From: Tubulanus polymorphus | Lineage: Eukaryota; Animalia; Nemertea | Direction of reading: 5' to 3' | NCBI RefSeq assembly: GCF_964204645.1 | Contig: NC_134035.1 | Coordinates: forward strand, 11,874,451-11,938,450 | DNA length: 64,000 nucleotides | Shown here: piece by piece, positions 14,012 to 27,774 of the stretch | Layout: each line of letters opens with the position of its first letter | Position numbering within the stretch: the stretch's first letter is position 1 | Notes under the pieces: model-generated | What the model was told of the DNA's origin: nothing | Database searches by the model: none | Seen by the model: only the letters and a program-made list of their open reading frames with translations | Made by a program: the position numbers and the translations under genes

Positions 14012-14970
14012 AATTTCAATCAAAAGATTTGGAAATGAACTAATTTTCTAGACGCTTGGAGTCAAATGAAACAGTCGACGGTGAAGCTATAATAAAACGA
14101 TGAAAACGATTACTTAGAACTTTTGACTAGTGAAAGAATAGAAGCATAACAACGTAGGAACTGAGTTGCAAAAATCCAACCCAAAAGATTGTCCGAAGCG
14201 TCGGCTTTTGTAGGTAATTAATTACAGATCTCTCGCGGAAAGGATATATGATTTTATGCTTCGGTAAAATATCACAATCGCAACATAGAATTGATTAAGC
14301 ATTATATCTGACTGTGAACGAAATACTTTTATCATTTTGCTTACGAGACTTTGGGGAAAAACTGGTGATATTGGATCAGTCAGTCTGCTTAAGATGTTTG
14401 AAAAAACTGGTGATATTTGATCGGTCGTAGCGTGAAGTTGCATTGATGTCCATAACCGGATACACCGGATGCATCGGATACACAGGATGTATCGGATACG
14501 GGCGTAAAAAGAGATTGATTGTCCTTTACGGGAGCTAGCGGTGCGCTGAACGCTGCAGAAACAACATTGTCAATCTCTTTATTTTTTTTTTTTATTTGGC
14601 GTGAATTCTTTGCAAACCTTTTCACCTACGGGGAGCGAAACAAGACGTAAATCCCGCGAAATATTGAAAAAGAAACAATGATCAATTCGTTTGAATAAGT
14701 AAACGTAAACTAGCATTCTGAAAAAGTGGTAGCTGTTGAAATTGAAGCCCCTTCCGATATCTTCAGTAAAGTAAAAAAAAAAAATCTATTAAGATAATAA
14801 TTAGCAATGACTTTCCATGTTTCCATACAAGTGGTTGTCTATCTTCATTATTGAAGGAAATCTCATGCAACTAAAATTGCTACGGGCTATTTCAAACTGC
14901 AATTATGTTGAAACGTTCAGAACTCTCATAGTTTTTCGATGGTGGATTTTTCACTAACTTAGGACGCCCT

Positions 14971-15079
14971 GGGCCCAGTTTCACAAAAAGGTTTATCTCT
15001 TAAATCGATTTAATTTCTTCATTAATTCAGTTTATCCTAAATCGATTTAGGCCTTAATCATTTTTGTGAAACTGGGTCC
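14971..15079. mobile_element. MITE family C (~105 bp palindromic; TIR GGGCCCAGTTTCACAAAAA)
   Basis: gggcccagtttcacaaaaa...tttttgtgaaactgggtcc; homolog at 53823. Confidence 0.8.
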
Positions 15080-16977
15080 TGAATATTAGTTACTTATTGG
15101 GCATAATTTGGTCATAGGAACCGAAACTATCTTTCACTGGATTTGCTAAAAATCCAATATACCGTGGCAAAATAAGTGAATGCTTTTTCGTGAACCAGAA
15201 ATAGAGCGCAGTTTGTCCGTAATCTGCACCAGAGAGCTAAAAATCTTTAAAACGTCGTATAGAAAAAAGTATCACGTTCGACGCGCGTTTGATTTATTCT
15301 ATTGCGGAAAATATCTTTGAACGGAATCCCACACAGCTCCACCGAGTCAAGCGCTGCGCGGCGTTGATACGATCACACAGAAAGTGAACAACGAACTGTA
15401 AACTCAATAGCGAAAGCGATACACAATGTACGTATCGGTTGCACATTACGTATACATCAAACATTTGTATGTACGTACACAATCTCTTTAAAGATATCTG
15501 CCTCCTCAAATCCCACATGAGATTTGATCGATAGAAGATCTGGTAGTGAAAAGACCCAATCATTAGCAGGCGATTAGGTGGCGTAAGGCTATAATTAGGT
15601 TAGTAGCTTCAAGATGCGTAAGACAGGACCTAAAAATAATACCTACAATGAAAAAGAGGTCCCCCAAATGTTGTCATAGTTCTGCAAATAGGATGGGTTA
15701 TGAATTCTGGTTATTTGCGTGAAATCCAAGGGTCCAACAACCAAAAAGAAAAACATTTTAAGACCAAACCGCGAGATTTTGCTCAAGCGTTCGCTGGGAT
15801 TGATGTTTGACGGATGAAAATATTTATGATAATTTCTCCTCGCTAGGAAGATATTCTTCACCTCAGTGGAATTTACCTCAGACGATAGCTATACTATTTA
15901 GAATACGTACCGGGCTGAAGGGTACAGCGCCAATATAAAGGTTACAGGTCTAACTTATAGAATATAAACCTTCACGAAAAAAAATGAGATTTTATATCAG
16001 TAACGTGGGAACAGAGGAATAACGAAACTTAATAATGAAATATCTATTTCACACGATAGTTGGAATCTCAAAAAGTTTCATTTTTTAAATAGGACCACAG
16101 TCTCAAGTGACTGCCAAAATGAAGAGCTGTCTTTCTAATCTTTGATCTAATTAAATCAAGTGCATATCGTGGTGATGATTCCCATTTTCTGCGTCAAATC
16201 GAGTTTTTATGTTTTGTCGCGATGAAGAAATGATTTCAACTTTTTCCTAGCTGGATACGAATCTGCTATCAAAGAAAACTTAAGAATAAATCGTCGACTT
16301 ATTTCATATTGTATACTGAGTTATACCGTGGCGCTGGTGTACGGGGGAGGATGAATGGCTGCTCGGATGATCGGCCGGTGGTGCGCGTCAAGGCGACAAG
16401 ACTGTAACTGCCGTACTAGTTCCGTTCATGACAAACATCACGAACATTCCATCTACAGGAGATTGAAAAACGAAAATGATTCTACGTATCTGTGACCGAT
16501 TCATCGTGGTGACCGATTCGGACCATACTAAAAAGTTACCAAATGCCAGCACAGCAAGTTACATTTCGCAGTCGAGGAATCCGAATGTTTGGCTAATATA
16601 AAACGTTTGTGGTTTTGTTACGCGATTAATAAAGATAATTTGGTTTTCTCGCGCATTTGTGTTTATGTGAATTTTCTGCGCAGAAATTTGGCCAAATCAG
16701 CCTCAATTATGAGTGCGCCATCATAATTTTTAACAAGTAAAGAATCTCGAATTTTGATTATTGATTCTGAAACTACGTTATCACGTTTCTATAGTCAATA
16801 CTCAATACTCAGACGTTTCGCAGCCGATAAAGCAATCTGATAGCGAAAATTGCATTTTGAGAAAAAAAAAACGATGCGAATTCTAATCTTCGTCACAGAA
16901 ATCTAAACGAAAACACGAGATGCGTCGAAAATAACGATTGAAATTGTCGAATAAATCACTTTAATATCCGTTTCACA

Positions 16978-17300
16978 CTGAAGATAAATGTGAGAGAATG
17001 AAAATGAAGAAAAAATGATCGTCGACAGCCGAAACGTAGTGGTTTCATTTCAATGAATGGATACTAATACATTTCATCGTGGGATTCATTCACCAACGGT
17101 TGAAATATTCTAAAACAAATCCTTAACGGACAGCTGAAGATAAATGTGAAAAATCAAAATGAGGAAAAAATGATCGCTGTTTGTCAACAGCCAAAACGTA
17201 TAGTGGTTTCATTTATCAATACATTTCATCGGATATACGATACTAACAAATTTCATCGTGGGATATATTCATTGACCAACGATTGAAATGTTCTTAACGG
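16978..17300. repeat. Imperfect ~155-bp tandem duplication
   Basis: ctgaagataaatgtga...tttcatcgtggga...cttaacgg occurs twice. Confidence 0.8.
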
Positions 17301-17304
17301 GCAC

Positions 17305-17365
17305 GTTGAGTCGGAGCAGGTTGAGTCGGAGCAAGTTGAGTCGGAGCAGGTTGAGTCGGAGCAGG
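17305..17365. repeat. 15-bp tandem repeat x4
   Basis: (gttgagtcggagcag)4. Confidence 0.95.
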
Positions 17366-19494
17366 ACGCGAATGGTACATATAATTTTACCGTTAACGAA
17401 ATTGCCAATTTCGATTTCAAATGAGAGAACAATTCGCATTGCGTAACGAGTGATCTAACAGTAGTGAAAAAAAACTGGCCAGTTTTTTCCACGAAATGAA
17501 TACCGGTACCGCATCTAAAGCCTCCGGTTATTTCGTGTGCACCGTCTAATGAATAATGATGGCCGCTTTTTCCGAGAACACAGAAATCGGAAAAGAGCCC
17601 ATTTAGATGCCCGATTAAACCGTGCTCTCGTTGATGGGTCGTGTGTGTGCTTGCAATGATAGGCGCAATAAACAACGTATCTTTGGAAATACCGAAGCTT
17701 GAAGTTATTATTACCGGAGATTACCTGATGATTACGACCGCGGTAACACCACTAGAATTTGTATCTCCGATCGTTAACCTTGAAATCCTCGTTTAAGGCA
17801 TTGTTTTTATCAACGGCAGCTTATCAACGCACGGCCGCGAATTGCATCGCGTTAGTTACATAATGTCGGGCCCTCACGCGTTGAATGACCACACAAATAA
17901 TAGCCATATACTCTCGCTCAATAAAAAGCACGAAAAAAATATGATAGGATTTAGATCTATTGTTTTTTTTCTGATTAACTCGATCTGTCGTGCATAATAT
18001 AGCGCAATACTCGTATAGAAGAATAGGCTCAAATAACAACGAGGGGATGAGAGAACAGTTGTATACACACAGAATGGTAAAAGTACCTGGAAAAATGAAC
18101 CGTTTATATCCTAATAAATCCACTGAGTTCTATATGTTCCAGACGCTCGCTCGCACACGTACAAAATCTCCCTACAGCGATTGATATAATAGTAAATTAT
18201 TTATTGTAATAACAATCTACTTGCTGCGGGGAAATCTATCTATCCCTCTCTCGTCAAGGTGAGCGGCTCGGGTTGTGAGTAACGTACGATCTTATTTTTG
18301 CAGTCCTTCTGACAAGCAGCGGAGATCAGCGGTGAACAACCGGCCGCGTGAAGAACACCGGCGCTTCGAGAGTCGACTTACCGAAACCAAGGGAAAAATC
18401 TAAGGGTCTTACCGTGCTTTACGGGGCAAAATGATTACAAAGGGCATTTTGGTGAGCGCGGGGAAATATGAGTTTTTAAATGACCTTGATCTAGGGCCAC
18501 CATCATCATTCTCAGTATTTTTCGACTAAAAATGGAAACCTATGTATGAAAGGGGTGTTGGAATTTTAGAAGGCGATTGCGCCACCGAAGGTGAGAGACG
18601 CGTATCATTTCGACGTTGATGCCACGGTTAAGACTTTTGGCACTTTTAAGAGTCTAATTTTGTTGGCTTAATCAGGGAAGTGTCACACTTCCCTGGCTTA
18701 ATGAAGCGCCAGTGGATTAATATGAACCAATCGCGATCAACACCTGATGCTAAGTGCAAGTACTCCATAGCACGGACTGTTGAGGACAGGCCGAAGTTTA
18801 ATAATGACGTCTTTGAAAAGAAAACTTCTAATTTGTTGTGTATATATTCAATGCTGATCACTAGTAATACTATGAATTAGAAATACATTTGAGATTCAGC
18901 CCAAGATACGCGTGGCGAATAACGATTAAAACTGAACGATAACGTTTCGTTCCCCTACGAGCGACCATAGATCGAGACGTGTCCATTTCCAATACATGCA
19001 GATTAAGATTTCGTTTCATTCGTGGTTTTAGGATTGTTGTGAGTACTCCTTCAAGTTTCAAATTTCCCGATAGAGCACGTTACGTTCTGATCAAGCGAAC
19101 ACACTGATTCAAAAGGCAATTTTTCCAACGGCTCGGGAATAATTTCGATTGCTTTCGGTGCCTTAAATGTGATGAGTTACAAAAAGTAACTATGACATTT
19201 TCACGTGGCAACGATAGAAAATACAATTTGCGAATCGTTCTGTGGAGAGTGCCGATTTAATCTTTGATGAATAAAATCACCGGAATCGTCGCCGTCGATC
19301 TTGCGATTTGTTTGTCATGAAAACCATGAATTTTATATTAAATCCTAGCATCGTCGCTTGCCACAGGAAGTTCCATATCGGAATATAAAGCAAAAAGCGC
19401 GTATGCGCTGCGCAAATCATATTTTCCGTGAAAATTTCTTGCAAACAAGATTTTCTTTTCGGCTCGAGAACAAAATGTCATACTCAATCGTGTA

Positions 19495-19655
19495 AACCAA
19501 ACGCACACGTTGCAGGGAAACACGGAAACTTCAAACATGTACTTGATCTCGGAGATATTGTTTCCTAAAACCTTGTTTCTTGTTTCTCGTAAACGCAGGG
19601 CAAACGCTCGGAAACATGTTCTGTTTCCCTGTGCGCCTTGTGCTTGGTATGGGCT
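19495..19655. mobile_element. MITE family A copy
   Basis: acgcacacgttgcagggaaacacgg...aacatgttctgtttcc...gggct, similar to 6321 and 10453. Confidence 0.7.
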
Positions 19656-20511
19656 TAGCGACTAAAATGTTGTATAAACTCGACGACGGAAACCTGACAG
19701 AACTAGGCCTCTCAAAATCAGGTATATCCGTATATCATAATTCAACTGGGCTCTCTTGGGCTACGGGTCTTTTTGCACATTTCAAGAAAAACGGGGCAGT
19801 TACAGCATTATATCACACAGGTTAATCTCGTTGGCGCTCGAAATGAATTCTGACAATCACGAATAGTGCAGAATTTCTAGAAATTGATTGCAGGTAATCG
19901 TTTTTTCGCCGTGCGCGACAAGTACGACAGAGCGCATCGTCAGAATTGATGGATTAAGTGCCGGGTATTATTGGTGGCAGACGCAGCTGGTTTCGCGTGT
20001 GATTTTGAAATAAGAATCGTAAAATTTGAATATCCGTTTGAAATTTCACGATAAGTAATGAATTGGTCTTCGTAATCTGGCAAAAGTATAATCATTGTTT
20101 GTACGGATTTCAATGAAATAACTCTGATGTAATTTGAAAAAGAAATCATTGGGACGTAGTGTATATTATACATTGGGGAATTAAATGCAGCGTTGAATTA
20201 CAGTAGGCCACTGCCGTCTCGTAGACTGGTTGCCTGTCCCATTCAATACAGACCGGTAACCCGTCTATGCCACCTCCAATAAAAACCGAATTAAACTGTT
20301 AAGCTGAAGCAGCGCAGTTTCTCACTGCGCGTCGCGTATATTGATTGTTATGTATCTAGCGAAAAACCTGAGGAAAATAACGTCGTTTTTCACTCAGACT
20401 TTTCGGTTCATCGCTCGTGAATTCAGTAATTTATACGTTTTCGAGTGTATAAATATCGTGTGGTATGCGGTGCCCGCTTCTCCGTGTGGACCTTGACATC
20501 TTGGAAACCTG

Positions 20512-20640
20512 GATCAACGCACACGAAACAGTGAAATTGGAAACATGTTTGCGAGCATTTCCCTGTGTCGTTAGCATTTGACACAATGTTTCCGAGATCA
20601 AGCATGATTCCGTGTTCCCCTGCATCGTGTGCTTTGGGCT
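20512..20640. mobile_element. MITE family A copy (opposite orientation, shortened)
   Basis: aacgcacacgaaac...ccctgcatcgtgtgctttgggct. Confidence 0.65.
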
Positions 20641-21441
20641 TAGCTTAGTGCCCGCGGATACCGGGTGCTTCAGCCGTTGAAGGCGTAAACAGAACTATAC
20701 GTAGGAAGCAAACAAATGAAGCAAAAAATATATTCGCCACACGGGAATCTCTGGTTGTATCAAATGAGCCACTGAGCGTGTATGATCGTAACGTGACATA
20801 CATAGCTACGGGGCACACCTACATCTCGAATGAGGTACCGCGCACCGGTACAGCTGTGAAAAGAGAGGATTCCGTGATGACCCAACAAGTGCGATAAGGT
20901 TACTGGCTTCTATTCCTTCTATATTTCAAATCAAATATCAGTGATATCTTTTTTATCGATGAATCGTTTGACCATATTCGGAAGCCTAGAAATCCATTCA
21001 AATTTCATTGGCATTTGTTGTGTGTCGGTCCTTAATCTTATTTTCAAAAACCGACGCAGGTTTTGCATACGGATCTGTGCGCGCATCAATATGGTGGACA
21101 TCGTGAAGATGTTTTGAAAAAAAGAAACTACTCCGATGAATAGAGGAGCGTCGAGCGACGAGCAGTTGTGTATCATATGAATATAACTATTCTCGTATCT
21201 AGATCGCTATGTAATTAATTCCGTTAGACCATGAATGTTACATACGATCGCACGAGTCATGTCGTTCACGGGCTGTAGTTCTTAGCCAAAGCTGCATGGT
21301 GTAAAAACACGAAAAGCCGCTTCGGTTTCCGAGCTTGGAAATAGGACAAAATGCTGCGATGGAAATATCTCGTTCGGGAACCGGTTTCAAACTTCTTGGC
21401 TTCATTTGCAATATTTCAACTATTTGAGTAAACGTCTAACC

Positions 21442-21780
21442 CATCCTCCCTCTGCAGGGACTCGAACCTGATGGCATCGCTACACTCAGCCACGGCACGA
21501 ACCCCTGCATCAGTAAACCGGGTGCGCAGGTACATGCGCAGCTTTCCGAACGAAAACTGGCGGCACCAATCAGATTGCTCGTTGTATAATCGTTGAGGCA
21601 AATTTCAAGGAAGAACTATAAATGGGAAAACCCGGGCTAAAATAAAACTGAATTTCTGATTGGCTAAAAATCACATCATCTGAACTGCGCATGTATCTGC
21701 GCACACGGTCGATTATGGCAGGGTTTCGTGCCGTGGCAATCTCGATGCCATCAGGTTCGAATCCCTGCCGGGGGAGGATG
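21442..21780. mobile_element. Mutator-like non-autonomous element, long TIRs, 9-bp TSD
   Basis: cgtctaacc|catcctccc...gggaggatg|cgtccaacc; ~100-130 bp imperfect inverted arms. Confidence 0.8.
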
Positions 21781-24718
21781 CGTCCAACCGCGCGTGAAAC
21801 CGACTTCAATTTGCTTGAACTAACACGTCAAAATGCGTGGCAACTATTTACCGTTTTGACCTTTTGAAAGGGGATAGTAGCAAAATATAGTAATTTACAA
21901 TGACTCTAAATGTTACTGTTATCATTAGCATTTTTTCGCACTACACATTTTGTAGCATAGTTTTTTTCTCTTCGCTCTTTGTAAATTCTAAATAAGCTAT
22001 TAATGTTTTACTTTCTTGAAAGCTATAACTTATCGCGACCAGTAGGATTTCTTCGGCCAGCATCGATTGTATTGTCTCTATTATTTTCTATATGCAAATA
22101 TAAACTAAATTGAGTTGAATACGAAAAGACGAAAAAAAGTTGACCAAAGCATCATTTTTGTTTGTCGATTTTAAATTCTCGCCATGTCGATAAAAATGAG
22201 GCTTATTACGGCTCGTTTAAGAAACGGGTAATTTATTCCTTTTAAGAAGATGATGGATGCGATGCGTTTAAAACCAATTAGCATTTAATTAGAATACCTT
22301 TCGTCGAGATTCTTTTTGATCGTCGCACGCGCTCTATGTTTCTTAACAGCACTCGGAGTGAAAATAGACTCTCGAAATGTGCGAGCTAAACTTGAATTGA
22401 TGAATCGTTGACTTCACAAATTTATACGATCGTCAAATTGCTTATACGAGCTCTTTTATCAGGTCGTAACGTATAGCAGATGAAGAGCGATTTCGGATTG
22501 AGTCGAACGCCGAAATCTGTGTCACACCAATTACCGAAATTTGGAAAAAGTTTTGCGAAAAAGATAAAATGTAAAGGGTCAAATTGTAATAAATCACTCC
22601 ATAAAAGTGTTCAATTACTTTTAAATGTGTTATTTTTAAATATTGGAGATAAATATATATAGCTTAAATTCTACGTCATATAATGAGATATTGTTTAAGT
22701 TTGTTATCGAAAAAAATCATATATTTAAGATCTGTCCTCTCAATAGGAAAGTGTCCCTTTTCACGGTGCAAAAGTGCCATTTTTCTTGAAATATGTAGAA
22801 CTTCCCCTCAGAAAAGCTCGGCACGGGCCTGCCACTCACGACAAGAAACACAAAGTTCCGTTTCGAGGAAACCGCGGAATGCCTTGGCAAGTTAAAAAAC
22901 CCGGTACTCTCTTGACAGCGGCAGAACTCGCGCGTGTCATTATTAGCGCGTTGATGAGCGAAAATACATAAGGCGATTTGTAGAAAATTGATTGGATGCA
23001 TGACATCGACTGACAAATAAAGATCCTGTAAACCGAGATGAAACGATTCAAGACATAATCAAAAAAAATGCATTTATACGTAAGGATATGCAAGTAAAGT
23101 ACACATACCTCTTCGGTTGATGCGTTTATAGTATCCAATAGCAACGAATCTTCCGCAACAGCGCAACAGCGCCTCGTCGTCACTTCTCCCAACAACAACT
23201 ACATCTCGAAGAACGAAGCTTTCCCGGTGTCGGTTTATACACGGAGGAGAAAAGAGTGCGCCGAACATCAGGAAATGACTCCGAGAGAAACATGACAAGC
23301 CGAATTAACCGTAACGGACTGGTTACGTTTACCTTCTCTAATTCGCAGACGGCGTCATTGAATTCATATTGTTGTTTGCGCGCACACGTGTCACCTGTAT
23401 TCCTCTTCCTCTAAAAACTACGCGTGAATGTTATATTTCGAAACAGAGAATATTCTTATGAAGAAAAAACGTTTTGCCGATGGCCTAATCCATATTGTTT
23501 GAACTACGTAGTAAGGCTTAAGCAAAAGGAAGTACGTTTTGTGTGGAAAGGTGACACTTTTTAGTGAATTGCACCCACCACGATAAACATTGTAACTGCT
23601 CATCATCATGATTTGCCGAACCATAATAATCACACATGTTATTCGTGCACCAGGACCATGTCACTATTCCACAGTGCTTGGCTTTTGATTATTTGACCAA
23701 TATTTATTAGTTAATGCAGTGACAAGACATTTTTTAGATGACTTGTAAGTTTAAGACAAAAAGAAGCACATTTCCAGCACTTTTTGATATAAAAGTAAGC
23801 ACCAGGATCTTGACTAATCGGGATCTTCCTAAAAGTAACACTAAGTAGCACTTATTAGACTTGCAATGCAAACCATGTAATCATTTTGATGTAATCGCGA
23901 CGCGGCAGCGTGTAATACTATCCAATACAACCTGAACGTAAATTGAAGATTTGGAATTATTTACCGGTTTTAAAGGGCAAAGAATGAAGACCTATATCCG
24001 CTTAACGCTCGTGTCCTTCGCCCGGAGCAACATTCAATAACTCCATCATGTACATAACATTACAACAAATGTTATTGGACGCAGTTTTTTAGGCGAGTTG
24101 TATTTATATAGCTGTTTAAAATGTTTATACGGGAAGCGTAAAGCAGGAGGCGTATTCTTACAATCTTCTAATTGTGTAAATATTTCTCTGATCACACGCC
24201 ATTGAATAAACCAATTCCTGATAAATGAAAGAGAAACGTGCACTTAATTGATATAAAGAATAAATAGTAGGGTGGCTTATCGACAGAGTCATATAGATGA
24301 TGTTTAAACATCGCTATAATAGCCGCGACCACACGACCACTTTTTGCCCGGAACAACATTGTTAACACGGTTGCTCAATGGACCCATGCCTGTTTGGCCG
24401 ACCAAAACCGTTGGACCACGTCCGAGTCAAATTTTTAACACGGGTCAAATCATTGCGTGTGGTTCCGGACGTGACTTGCTTCGCTTAAAGTATCGTTTAG
24501 TATCGAGTGAGTGGTTTACGCGTGACTGACTCTCTGTGGGCCAAATTTGACTCGGGCATAATCTCCGCCGATTCGTCTCCCGAGATCGCGACCATCGAGT
24601 GCGTGGGGTAGGGTTCTTTCCTCGTCGCCTGTTAATATTGGCCGACTGGAACCAGTGCTTTTCAGTGGTGCCTTGTATCATAAATGTTATTTGTTTCATT
24701 GAAACGAATGCGAGATAA

Positions 24719-24938
24719 GGCTAAAAAATATTGATACCTTGTTTCTCCGCTCTGCTGAGCTTAAATGTAGACCCGGCCGGCCGCCTATCTACCCTATACA
24801 TTACTTTTTTTAAAATCGTGATCAATTTTACCATAACAGACCCGGCCGCTATAGAAATGAACTGTTTATAAATTTTATCATATTTTACAAAAATGACCCG
24901 GCCGCTGCGGAGAAACAAGGTATCATTTTTGTTTAGCC
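24719..24938. mobile_element. MITE family B (220 bp), PIF/Harbinger-type, TAA TSD
   Basis: ~32-bp TIR ggctaaaaaatattgataccttgtttctccgc / gcggagaaacaaggtatcatttttgtttagcc; TAA on both sides; three GACCCGGCCG motifs. Confidence 0.9.
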
Positions 24939-25732
24939 TAATCATAGTTGATGTTGTACACGAGCGCATCGAAAAGATATTTCTAGCTGATTGCACTTTA
25001 ACTGTAGTATTCCGAAATGAAAACCGAGAACGAAACGAAATACAAATACTTTTAATAAAAATTTTATTGGGGAAGCGATATACATATATACATCATGATT
25101 CTAAAAATAACATGACAGTAATGTATTTTCTTACGACACAATAGTACACAGAATGAAAATGTATATTCAGATACCTTAAAGGAGTATGATCATTACGTAA
25201 ACATGTATAATATATAGTGTAAAGCTTTCCTGAGCTGAGGTCAGCGTACTAGTAGCTAGTAGTTGTACAGATTTTCACGCGTACTTATTTGTACAATGAC
25301 GTCGTTTTTTGCATGTTTATCAACTGTTTTACACTTTCCGTCGACAACATTTAAGGAGATTTCGTTGTTAGAGCGGACGCGATTCTACACACAGAGTCAT
25401 CACAACAAATTTGGACATAATAACATTCGTGGAACTAACGAAGATGCATTCGTGAATCTGCTGCCTGGAAATACCCCTTATAAACTTAGTGTTGTGCATC
25501 GTCTTGAAAGTGTGGCGCTGATAAAATTTCTGATGTATGGCGATTTTGTCAACTGGCTCAGGTGAAGCGAAGCCTGTATGATGAAAATGAGAATGGTGAT
25601 AAAGTATCGAGTATCAATGAAAGGGGCGGGTTCAGGCTGCAGATTGATAGCTGTATCGGGGATAAATGGGATACGAGTTAGGTCTGTGGCGCATCTGGTC
25701 TTTAGCGCACAAAGTTTGCGAGACAGTCCTTA

Positions 25733-25953
25733 GGCTAAAAAAAATTGATACCTTGTTTCTTTGCTCTGCTGAGCTTAAATGTTGACCCGGCCGGCCGCCT
25801 ATCTACCCTATACATTACTTTTTTTTTAAATCGTGATCAATTTTACCTTAACAGACCCGGCCGCTATAGAAATGAACTGTTTACAAATTTTATCATATTT
25901 TAGAAAAATGACCCGGCCGCTGCGGAGAAACAAGGTATCATTTTTGTTTAGCC
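25733..25953. mobile_element. MITE family B, near-identical copy, TTA TSD
   Basis: Nearly identical to 24719-24938; TTA both sides. Confidence 0.9.
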
Positions 25954-26619
25954 TTACTTATATCCTGGTTATTATGTAGCGAGGTTACAACTCAGAAGAG
26001 TATCAAATTTTGAATTCAATAGCGCTGATCTGATATTCTTCTTTCAACTGTAATGTCCAAATCTAAATACAATAGGCTACAATACGCAAGAAGAAATGAC
26101 AAAATGAGTCGATTCAGCTTCGACCTGACAATTATTTCAGTAAACCTCGCCTTACTCCCACAAACTGAGACCTTCAAAATTGAGCTGAAGTAAGCAAAGT
26201 TAAGGATAGGAATATAAGTTATGAAGTCACAAAAATTATTTTCGGCAATGTTCGAGTAAGGCAAGATTGACTGTAATTAATTTGTGTAAATTACTAATTC
26301 CGATTAGACTAAGCAGTAGATTTCGATGTCTGTTTCACAACACAGTTCAGTTACGACAAAGTTTGCCAAATGTTATCGGAATTTCAAAAGAAGCTTTTCA
26401 AATAAACATCTAATAATCGGTTAATTGCAATTACATAGAAAAACTTTTTCAGAATTTTTTTCAGATTTTCCGGCTGTTGTTCACGAATGAAAAAAATCAT
26501 TCGTTACCCTACTCCCTAATGTTCAAATTACATAGCTAATTTACGAGAACAATTATTACAGTAGAACCCCAAGTCATTGTGAAATTGGACACAACAATTC
26601 ATCAAATGCAGTAACAGGC

Positions 26620-26773
26620 CAGGAGCGGGTCAGGAGGCAAGGTCACTTAGATGGTCACACAGGCAATAATAGGTGTACTCCTGTACTGAAATGCGCACAA
26701 ATTTTCTTTATTGACAAAATGAAAATTTTATGGGCTTGTACCAGCGTCGTAAGTCCCCCTGGATCCGCTCCTG
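26620..26773. mobile_element. Small hAT-like MITE (caggagcgg...ccgctcctg)
   Basis: Short inverted termini; TSD not evident. Confidence 0.5.
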
Positions 26774-27055
26774 GGCAAATTCTGTTCTAACACCATCCTT
26801 TCTAATGACAGTGCTCACCTTAATCACACCTCTAATAGCATTTCTGTTTTATGTTTGCCGTGTTTCTCGATGTATGCGCTAGGCTTTAATTTAAGTCTAC
26901 ATTTTTCTAAGAGCAAACAACTCCACAAAATAACTCCACAAACCCTCTATTACCCAAAATCCGATTATCCACCACCCTCAGGTTTTCTACCCGAATTTCG
27001 AATCCCTGATCACAAAAAAATTTAGTTCATCGTCGATTCAAATGGTGTTTTGTAA

Positions 27056-27223
27056 AGTCCGACACAAACGACGCGGGGAAACACGGAGACAGAAACATGT
27101 TTTCGAGCGTTTCCTCGCACCATTTGCGAGAAACACGGTTTCGGGAAACAATTTTCCCCGTGAGATCAAACATGTTTGATTCTGCGTTTCTCGTGTTTTC
27201 CCACGTAGTGTGCGCCATTGAGC
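27056..27223. mobile_element. MITE family A copy (opposite orientation)
   Basis: agtccgacacaaacgacgcggggaaacacgg...gtgtgcgccattgagct. Confidence 0.7.
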
Positions 27224-27548
27224 TTTAAATCCGCCACCGAGACAACCCTCGATTATCCACCCATTATCCTGTAGCACCGTTGATTACACGCCACCGAGAC
27301 ATCGCCACATCAACAGCGGAAGATAACTGAGAGTTGAACGCACCATTCTTAACCGAATTCATTACAACGTCGTGTTTTTCTTGGTCCCAGTGTTTTCACA
27401 GAAGGCAGTGGGTAACAGGGACTACCACTTGACTTGACCTCTTTCACAAGTCACTTAATACAGACATTATTTGCTCAGTGCCTTACTTCATTTACTGAGA
27501 ATTCATTTAAAATTTTTCTTTTGTTCTTCGGTGATCAAATATAAATAG

Positions 27549-27774
27549 CAGGATCCGATCTAAGCACTTGTCCGATTGCCTGGGACAAGTATATTATCAT
27601 TTGGGCAAGTCGGTTATCATAATCACTTGTCCACCGGGCTAGTGCATTTTAATGTCTCAAAGCTTTTTCCCAATCGATACAACAGTTGGACTGCTTGTGT
27701 AGGGCAAGAATATCTTTGAGGGGGCAAGTAAAATCTCAGATATGTGTGATTTTTATTCCTTACATCGGACCCTG
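27549..27774. mobile_element. MITE family D (CAGG termini, 5-bp TSD AATAG)
   Basis: aatag|caggatccgatctaag...cttacatcggaccctg|aatag; repeated ACTTGTCC/GGGCAAGT motifs. Confidence 0.85.

Noticed and set aside
16975-17045. Hammerhead motif CTGAAGA...GAAACGTA
   Set aside because: No convincing stem II and stem I does not pair at the first position.
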